From assembly GCA_964594455.1 (NCBI GenBank), contig CAZQLY010000004.1:61972-125971 (forward strand): DNA of 64,000 bases, written 5' to 3'. Below the pieces are notes generated by a model, which was not told the DNA's origin, ran no database searches, and saw nothing but the letters and a program-made list of their open reading frames with translations. Within the stretch, counting starts at the first letter, position 1. Each line of letters starts with the position of its first letter. The translations under genes were made by a program, and so were the position numbers. This stretch comes from an uncultured Gammaproteobacteria bacterium. GTDB lineage: Bacteria; Patescibacteriota; Patescibacteriia; JAHIZJ01. Shown here piece by piece: positions 57,567 to 64,000 of the stretch.

Positions 57567-58705
57567 GATTGCTTGATAATATCTTCTAATTCTTTGGCTC
57601 GGCTGCTCCAGCGAAAATCTTTTAACACTCTTTGCTGGCCGGCTAAACCCAAGCGCTCAGCATAAGACTTATCAGTAAATAATCGGTTGATAGCAGTGGC
57701 GATATCCTCCAGGCAATTTGGATCAACTAACAGTCCGGTCTGGCCATCTACTATCGCCTCGCCCACCCCTCCGCTATGTCCACCAACAACGGGAATAGCA
57801 AAACTGTTAGCCTCAAGATAAACAATGCCAAATCCTTCTACGTCGCGATTGGACAGCTCGCGTGAAGGCATAATAAATACGTCAGCTAATTGATAGTAGG
57901 CGGGCAAATCTTCATCTGAAACGGATCCGACAAATACTACTCGATCCGCAACGCCCAATTTATCAGCCAGGGAGCGCAATGCAGATTCATATTCACCTGA
58001 ACCCACAACTACGTATTTTAAATCACTCAGCTTATCCTTGAGCTGAGCCAAAGCCTTGATCACCATATCGTGGCCTTTGCGCTCTTTTAATCGGCTAACA
58101 GTCAGTAAAATCCTGGACCCGGCCAGATGGTATTTATTTTTTATAGAGTCTAATCGCCCTTCGCTGACTGATCGGCCCACCATATTACAACCCGGAGTCA
58201 AAACGACAATTTTGTCTTGCGGTATTCCTAGTTTGATTAACTCTTTCTTGGTGTATTCACTATTGGCCACCACCTGGTGAGCCCCTGCTAAAACCCTTAG
58301 CATCATTCTTTTTTTGCGCGGATAAGCCTGAGGATAAGTGATATCCAGGCCGTGGGTAAAAATTATATATGGTATTTTTCTAAAACGATTTACAATATAG
58401 GCCGCACTGCCCACGGGCAATACTTGTCCCACTAGGAGAACTTCGATTTTCTCTTCTTGAATTATCCTAAAAAGTTCAAAAACCAACCGGATCCATTTTG
58501 GCCAGAGCAGCGGTGAATTAAATAGAAACTGTCTCCTGACAACTTTACACTCCTGGCACTGATCAAAAGCCTGACTCTCTGCGGCCAGAGGAGCTAACAC
58601 CGTAACCTGAGCCGGATCCCAACGACGTATCAAATTGTGATAATAACGCGCCACTCCGCCATGGGCTGGTGGATAATCAAGTGTGACAAATAGTGATTTC
58701 TTCAT
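57563..58705 (-). CDS. glycosyltransferase family 4
   Basis: PP..GGV, RL.ERKGHD, EGFGIV.LEA. Confidence 0.93.
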   Translation of the reverse strand: MKKSLFVTLDYPPAHGGVARYYHNLIRRWDPAQVTVLAPLAAESQAFDQCQECKVVRRQFLFNSPLLWPKWIRLVFELFRIIQEEKIEVLLVGQVLPVGSAAYIVNRFRKIPYIIFTHGLDITYPQAYPRKKRMMLRVLAGAHQVVANSEYTKKELIKLGIPQDKIVVLTPGCNMVGRSVSEGRLDSIKNKYHLAGSRILLTVSRLKERKGHDMVIKALAQLKDKLSDLKYVVVGSGEYESALRSLADKLGVADRVVFVGSVSDEDLPAYYQLADVFIMPSRELSNRDVEGFGIVYLEANSFAIPVVGGHSGGVGEAIVDGQTGLLVDPNCLEDIATAINRLFTDKSYAERLGLAGQQRVLKDFRWSSRAKELEDIIKQS

Positions 58706-60165
58706 TTTACTTTTCTCATTACTGATTGGTAGAGCCTGATATATTCACTCTGGCCAAATCCTCGTATGATAAAAAGTATGACAAAATAAATTACTATACC
58801 AATAGGAACCAATAGAAACAAGGATAGACTCTCCTTTAAAAGCACGAGTGAAAAATACATTATCAATGCTGAAACTAAAGTTTTGGCCGCAGTGGTGATA
58901 ATAAACTTCTTGTTGTAGTTAGTGATCTGTCGAACAACATAGAAACCCAAACTCATCAACACAACAATCGAAACCAACGAAGCAATGCTGGTACCGACAA
59001 AAGTGTATTTGGGTATTAACAGCAAATTCAATACAATATTTACCACCATAGCGATTCCAAAATGAATAGTGTTTCTCATTTGCCGATCGCAGGCATTGAG
59101 CAAAGAACCGATTGGGTAATTAATAAATAGAAATATCAAACTAAAAATCAATATTTGAAGCGGCAAGATAGATGCTTCAAAAGCTTCTCCCCAAATCGTG
59201 ATGATAAGCTCATCGGCAATGGCAAAAACTCCGAAAGCGATCGGTACTGAAATTATAGTTAGATAATAAACCGCTCTTTCAAATGTTCGGGCCAACATTT
59301 CTTTGGAAGCCACGAAGTAAGAACTCATAGCCGGAAATACTGCGGCAGCCACAGCAATAGGAATAAACTGAAACGCATAAGTCAGCTTATAAGCGGTACC
59401 GTACCAGCCGGTATAGCTATCACCTTTATCACCGCCCATAATATTTAAAAGCACTGTATCAACGTATCCAAACACCGTTACAAAAATACTGGCTATGGCA
59501 AAAGGCAGCGTGATTTTTAACATGGTTTTAAGTACCGCTTTGTTTAGATAAAACTTGGGCCGCCACTTCAGTTTCTTGAATAGTAAGGCAAAAGTATAAA
59601 TCGCGTTAAACAAACTACCGCATAAAATTGCCAGAACCAGATATTTAATTCCATAACCCAAATGAAGAGCCACCACACCCACTGCAATCACGACGACTTT
59701 GTTGATAATTACTCCAATCGCTTCATATTTAAGCACCTGATACCCTCTGAATATGGCGTAAAAACTAAGAGTAAAAGAATCTAATATCATTATCAATCCG
59801 GAGAAATACACCAACTGTCGCGTTAGATCAGGCTTGCCTAAAAGAGAAATAGTAACAAGCACCGCAGCATATGATAGAACCGCGGTGATTAATTTTATGG
59901 TAAATGCGGTATTAAGATAGAGATATGTCTTCTGCCTGTCTTTGGCTATCTCCCGAGTCAGGATAGAGCTCAAGCCAATATCAATAAAAATACCAAAGAT
60001 GGTAGTCAGGGATAAGGCAAATAGGTATTTACCGATATCCTCATGTCCAACTGATCGTGAAATGTAAATAAAGTAAGCAAAAGACAGCACTTTCTGAAAA
60101 GCCAGTGCAATCGTCAAATATGAAGTATTCCGGGCTATTCTATCTGGATGGTAGCTGGCAGTCAC
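58702..60165 (-). CDS. polysaccharide flippase (Wzx/MOP)
   Basis: IARNT, D.GL...LTREIA, many TM helices, LN.LLIP.Y..G. Confidence 0.9.
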   Translation of the reverse strand: MTASYHPDRIARNTSYLTIALAFQKVLSFAYFIYISRSVGHEDIGKYLFALSLTTIFGIFIDIGLSSILTREIAKDRQKTYLYLNTAFTIKLITAVLSYAAVLVTISLLGKPDLTRQLVYFSGLIMILDSFTLSFYAIFRGYQVLKYEAIGVIINKVVVIAVGVVALHLGYGIKYLVLAILCGSLFNAIYTFALLFKKLKWRPKFYLNKAVLKTMLKITLPFAIASIFVTVFGYVDTVLLNIMGGDKGDSYTGWYGTAYKLTYAFQFIPIAVAAAVFPAMSSYFVASKEMLARTFERAVYYLTIISVPIAFGVFAIADELIITIWGEAFEASILPLQILIFSLIFLFINYPIGSLLNACDRQMRNTIHFGIAMVVNIVLNLLLIPKYTFVGTSIASLVSIVVLMSLGFYVVRQITNYNKKFIITTAAKTLVSALIMYFSLVLLKESLSLFLLVPIGIVIYFVILFIIRGFGQSEYIRLYQSVMRKVK

Positions 60166-60262
60166 GATTTAATGTAGAATTAACAAATAAGAATGTAAAA
60201 CGTGAAGAACTTAGTTATCTCAAGACATTTTACATTCTTCATTTTACATTTTGAGTTACTTT

Positions 60263-60805
60263 CTAGCGTTTCTGCCACTGTGGAGCTCGACGTGCCCGTT
60301 TTAATCCAAATTTTTTCCTTTCTTTAACTCGGGCGTCCCGTTTCAGAAATCCAAGCCGTTTGAGTTGTGGTCGATAAGACTTATCAACCAAGATCAACAC
60401 TCTAGACAATCCATGTCGGACTGCCTCGGCTTGACCTTTTATCCCACCGCCAGCAACCCTGATCGTAATATCCGCATCTATCTTGAGACTGAGTGCCGTT
60501 AACGGATCTTTGGCAATTTGTTGCAGCTCTATGGTAGAAAAATATTTTTCAACCGGTTTATTGTTTACAATAAATTGGCCTGTGCCTTTTTTATGATAGC
60601 GTACCCGGGCAATAGCTGATTTGCGTCGTCCAACCGCAAAAAGATATGTTCGACGTTTAGTCTTCTGCTTCTCTGTCTTGGCTATCTTGGGTTCAGTCTG
60701 AGCAACCTTTTTCTCGGCTTCGGTTTTTTTGGGCCGCCCGCGTTTCTTCTTTGGCTCGGCTGTCTTCTTCGGTTCTTTTTTTGTGGTCGAATTCTCTTGT
60801 TTCAT
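60263..60805 (-). CDS. rpsI: 30S ribosomal protein S9 with Lys-rich N-terminal extension
   Basis: GRRKSAIARV, GGG..GQA.AVRHG, RD.R.KERKK.GL..AR.APQW.KR. Confidence 0.97.
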   Translation of the reverse strand: MKQENSTTKKEPKKTAEPKKKRGRPKKTEAEKKVAQTEPKIAKTEKQKTKRRTYLFAVGRRKSAIARVRYHKKGTGQFIVNNKPVEKYFSTIELQQIAKDPLTALSLKIDADITIRVAGGGIKGQAEAVRHGLSRVLILVDKSYRPQLKRLGFLKRDARVKERKKFGLKRARRAPQWQKR

Positions 60806-60807
60806 AT

Positions 60808-61170
60808 TTATACAAATATTAATCGGCGCATACGTCGGGATTGCAAGCGATTCTTTGGCAGCATGTTCTGTACGGCCTTCATTAAAATGACATGAGGTTT
60901 TTTATCTATATATTCACTCATCTTTACCGTTTTTAACCCGCCCGGATAGCCGGTATAGCGATAATAGAGTTTTTGCTCGGCTTTCTTGCCGGTTATTTTC
61001 ATTTCACCAATATTTGATACTTCAACCCTGATGGGAAAATCAATATTTGGAGCATAATCAGCCCGATGTTTACCTTGGAGCAAGCCAGCTATCTCAGAAG
61101 CTAAACGTCCAAATGACTTATCCTTGGCATCAAGTTTATGTAGTTCGTTTTTATCCTTACTTTTGGCCAT
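60808..61170 (-). CDS. rplM: 50S ribosomal protein L13
   Basis: DA....GRLAS.IA..L.GKH, YY.YTGYPGGLK, AV..MLPKN.L. Confidence 0.95.
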   Translation of the reverse strand: MAKSKDKNELHKLDAKDKSFGRLASEIAGLLQGKHRADYAPNIDFPIRVEVSNIGEMKITGKKAEQKLYYRYTGYPGGLKTVKMSEYIDKKPHVILMKAVQNMLPKNRLQSRRMRRLIFV

Positions 61171-61606
61171 TTTCTTTCTCCTTCTCCTTTTCTTTCTTCT
61201 TTTCATCTTTGTCGGACTTCTTGGCTGTGGTTTTTTCTGAGCTCTGCTCAATTCTATTTACAAACTCCACCATAGCCATTTCCGCACCATCGCCTTGCCG
61301 ACGACCAGCTTTTGTCACGCGGGTGTAACCACTGGTGCGATCCTGGAAACGTTTACTCAAATCGTTAAATAACTTATTAACTGCCGGCTTGTTGTTCAAC
61401 AAGCTCAAGAGCTGCCGGCGAGCGGGTAAATTTTTCTTCTTAGCTATAGTAATGCATTTCTCGACAAATGGTCTGAGCCATTTGGCTTTAGCTTGGGTCG
61501 TTTTTATTCTTTCGGCTGAAATCAAACTCACCGCCAAACTTCTTTTCAACATTCGACGCTGATAGCTGGGACGACCTAATATTTTAGTTTTCTTCCTGTG
61601 ACGCAT
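61157..61606 (-). CDS. rplQ: 50S ribosomal protein L17
   Basis: MRHRK...LGR, IKTT.AKAK, R.SGYTR..K...R.GD.A. Confidence 0.97.
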   Translation of the reverse strand: MRHRKKTKILGRPSYQRRMLKRSLAVSLISAERIKTTQAKAKWLRPFVEKCITIAKKKNLPARRQLLSLLNNKPAVNKLFNDLSKRFQDRTSGYTRVTKAGRRQGDGAEMAMVEFVNRIEQSSEKTTAKKSDKDEKKKEKEKEKENGQK

Positions 61607-61625
61607 TTTAATTTACGATATCTTC

Positions 61626-62411
61626 TTATTCACCAGTTTCATCTTTCTTTTCGGTCTTTTTCGGACGACCGCGCTTTTTCTTGGTGTCAACAGCGGTGGT
61701 GGTTTTCTTTTCCGCTTTTTCCTCTCCCACGCTCTTCAATAAATGGTTGAAGTGTTCCTGTAAGATAATATTAGTTTGGTGGAAGGCTTCTTCTGGACTG
61801 ATGGTACCATCAGTAGTAACTTCCAAAACCAGCTTGTCATAATTGGTCATCTGACCGACACGGACATTCTCTATTTCGAAATTAACGTTCCTAACTGGTG
61901 TGTAGACGGCATCTATCGAGATCAAACCAATCTCATTCTTTTCTTTTTCTCGGCTTTCTACCGGAACATAACCACGTCCTTTTTCTACCCGCAGTTCCAT
62001 TTCTATTTCGGCTTTTTTATCAGTCAGAGTAGCGATTACCTGATCAGGGTTAGCCACTTCCACGTCACTGCTAACCTTTATGTCTTTGGCCGTTACTTTC
62101 TTTTCGCCTTTTTCTTTGATAGTAACAGTAACCGGCTCGTTGGAATGCGACTTCAGTCTGACTGTCTTCAGGTTTAAAATAATGTCGACAATATCTTCTT
62201 TGACATTCGGTAAAGTCGAAAATTCATGACTGACATCTTTAATCTTCACCGCGGTTATAGCGGCGCCTTCCATGGACGACAGGAGTACGCGACGTAAAGC
62301 ATTACCCAAAGTTACTCCATAACCCGGGTAACACGGTTCAATAATAAACTTAGAATAATTTTCTTCGATTTTTTTTACCTCTATTTTTTCTGGAAGTGGA
62401 ATCGGGTTCAT
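61626..62411 (-). CDS. rpoA: RNA polymerase alpha subunit, NTD only, with Lys-rich AT-hook-like tail
   Basis: EP..PGYG.TLGNALRRVLLSS..G, HEFST, GRGYVP, DA.YTPV, RVGQ.T.YDKL; ends at 261 aa. Confidence 0.97.
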   Translation of the reverse strand: MNPIPLPEKIEVKKIEENYSKFIIEPCYPGYGVTLGNALRRVLLSSMEGAAITAVKIKDVSHEFSTLPNVKEDIVDIILNLKTVRLKSHSNEPVTVTIKEKGEKKVTAKDIKVSSDVEVANPDQVIATLTDKKAEIEMELRVEKGRGYVPVESREKEKNEIGLISIDAVYTPVRNVNFEIENVRVGQMTNYDKLVLEVTTDGTISPEEAFHQTNIILQEHFNHLLKSVGEEKAEKKTTTAVDTKKKRGRPKKTEKKDETGE

Positions 62412-62437
62412 AAATATTCGCTAAATTATTTATATAA

Positions 62438-63070
62438 TTATCTGGAATAAAACTCGATAATAGGCTGGGATTGGAAGTTCTGTTTCAGCTCTTCTGGAGT
62501 CGGCTCGCCAGTCACTTTGCCCTTCAGGGTCTTTTTATCCAATGATAGCCAGGAAGGTATTTCTTTTTTTTCAATCTTCTTTAACAACTCTTTGAAATAT
62601 TTCTTATCCATTCGAGCTTCTTTTACGGCAATTTCGTCGCCAACTTTAACTTGATAAGAAGGAATGTTAACCGTTCGGCCATTCACCAAAACGTGGCTAT
62701 GATTTACAACCTGACGGGCCTGACTTCGGGAGTCTCCCAGGCCTAAGCGATAAACTGCATTATCTAAACGTTTTTCTAACAACCGACTGAGATTTTCACC
62801 GGTTTCGCCTTTTTGGGTCAGAGCTTTTTGGAAATAATTATAGAATTGAGTTTCCCCCAGACCATACAGACGTTTAGCCTTCTGCTTTTCTCTGAGCTGG
62901 ATCCCATAATTAGAAGTTCGGCCCCGGCGTTGAGATTGACCGTGGATTCCCGGTGGGTAGTTACGTTTTACTAATGGACATTTATTGGTAAAACACTTCT
63001 CACCTTTTAAGAAAAGCTTTTCACCCTCTCTTCGACATTTTTTACATTTTGAATCTAGGCTTCTTCCCAT
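62438..63070 (-). CDS. rpsD: 30S ribosomal protein S4
   Basis: CRREG.KLFLKG.KC, QL.EKQK, LE.RLDN, IIEFYSR. Confidence 0.98.
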   Translation of the reverse strand: MGRSLDSKCKKCRREGEKLFLKGEKCFTNKCPLVKRNYPPGIHGQSQRRGRTSNYGIQLREKQKAKRLYGLGETQFYNYFQKALTQKGETGENLSRLLEKRLDNAVYRLGLGDSRSQARQVVNHSHVLVNGRTVNIPSYQVKVGDEIAVKEARMDKKYFKELLKKIEKKEIPSWLSLDKKTLKGKVTGEPTPEELKQNFQSQPIIEFYSR

Positions 63071-63084
63071 TGTATTATCTAAGG

Positions 63085-63555
63085 TTAAACTCGACGTACC
63101 TTTCGCGGCCGTGGTCCATTATGTGGAATAGGAGTTACGTCTTTGATAGATAAAATATTGATACCTTGGGCGTTCAAGGCTCGGATAGCGGCTTCCCGAC
63201 CAGAGCCAACACCCTTCAAGCGTACATCAGCTTCTTTAACACCATAATCTTTCATTTTTTCCATAGCTGATCGAACAATTACTCCGGCAGCATAAGGAGT
63301 GGCCTTTTTGGGTCCGGCAAATCCGCACTGTCCAGCTGATGATTGAGCGATCACTCCGCCATCTGGGTCAGTAAAAGTAACTATAGTATTGTTATAGGTC
63401 GCCTGGACGTGAACAATAGCTCGGGTAACGAACTTTTTCACCTTCTTTTTCTTGCGTGAAGCTGTCTTGGTTTTTTTCTCAGACTTAGGCTTCTCTGTAG
63501 TTGCAGATTCCTCTGGTTTCTTATCTTCTGGTTGTTTTTTTACTTCTTCAGTCAT
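63085..63555 (-). CDS. rpsK: 30S ribosomal protein S11
   Basis: A.YNNTIVT.TD, K.TPYAA, G.G.GRE.A.R, DVTPIPHNG.RP. Confidence 0.98.
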   Translation of the reverse strand: MTEEVKKQPEDKKPEESATTEKPKSEKKTKTASRKKKKVKKFVTRAIVHVQATYNNTIVTFTDPDGGVIAQSSAGQCGFAGPKKATPYAAGVIVRSAMEKMKDYGVKEADVRLKGVGSGREAAIRALNAQGINILSIKDVTPIPHNGPRPRKVRRV

Positions 63556-63566
63556 TATTCTAAATA

Positions 63567-63959
63567 TTATGTCTTTTCAGCTGCCGGGCGACGACCAGAA
63601 CCCATAGTTCTACGTACGTTTCCGCGAACTGTTCTATTATTAGTCTTGGTGCGCTGCCCGCGAACAGGCAGTCCTTTGGCATGTCGGGATCCGCGATAGC
63701 TGCTGATTTCTTTCAAACGCTTCACATTTGAAAGCATTTCCCGTCGCAATTCACCTTCTACCCTAATGCTTTTTTCAATATGAGTATTTAACTGTCGGAT
63801 TTGATCCTCAGTTAAGTCCTGAGTCCTGGTATTGGGATCAATTTTTAATTCTTTTAAAATTCTACCGGCTAAAACTCGGCCTATTCCGTAAACATAGGTT
63901 AAACCGATCTCGATGCGTTTGTTTTGGGGTAAGGTTACACCAATAATTCTAGCTGCCAT
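63567..63959 (-). CDS. rpsM: 30S ribosomal protein S13
   Basis: ARI.GV.LP..K, LTY.YGIG, YRG.RH..GLPVRGQRTKTN. Confidence 0.98.
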   Translation of the reverse strand: MAARIIGVTLPQNKRIEIGLTYVYGIGRVLAGRILKELKIDPNTRTQDLTEDQIRQLNTHIEKSIRVEGELRREMLSNVKRLKEISSYRGSRHAKGLPVRGQRTKTNNRTVRGNVRRTMGSGRRPAAEKT

Positions 63960-63972
63960 GAATTCAATTAAT

Positions 63973-64000
63973 AATTAACAATTAACAATTAACAATTAAC
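63973..64000. repeat. 7-bp tandem repeat (AATTAAC)x4, may continue off the window
   Basis: Direct inspection. Confidence 0.7.

Noticed and set aside
1-64000. Additional remote VRs for the DGR
   Set aside because: No other copy of the TR 3' end (GCGCGAACCGCCGCAGGG) was noticed by eye; an alignment search is needed to exclude diverged copies.

Overview
AT-rich bacterial chromosome segment. The Patescibacteria/CPR (probably ABY1-like) assignment is an inference from three FG-GAP-repeat surface proteins, a CPR-type pilin, a short L13 and REP-like palindromes. The right end holds the rpsM-rpsK-rpsD-rpoA-rplQ-rplM-rpsI cluster, a flippase and glycosyltransferases, rpmG and tRNA-Thr/Trp. Main highlights: (1) a complete diversity-generating retroelement at 18.7-21.2 kb (RT, avd, TR, VR target), with 12 of 13 TR/VR mismatches at adenines and avd encoded antisense between TR and RT, the two likely start codons sharing one CATG; (2) a c-di-GMP-II-type riboswitch with a clear terminator/antiterminator controlling a pseudo-receiver protein; (3) RpoA lacking its alpha-CTD and ending in an AT-hook-like KKKRGRPKKTE motif that also occurs in S9; (4) an unclassified ~300-nt structured RNA with a tRNA-like core; (5) duplicated tRNA 5' halves carrying palindromic insertions in the D-arm, one next to a GIY-YIG nuclease; (6) an accessory/defence region at 42.8-54.3 kb (Fic TA pair, DUF3800 with an RNA, DpnI-like enzyme, divergent MurA plus B12 radical SAM, frameshifted RAYT with internal REPs); (7) a heliorhodopsin cluster and unannotated metallothionein-like microproteins. 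All calls are by eye; no searches were run.
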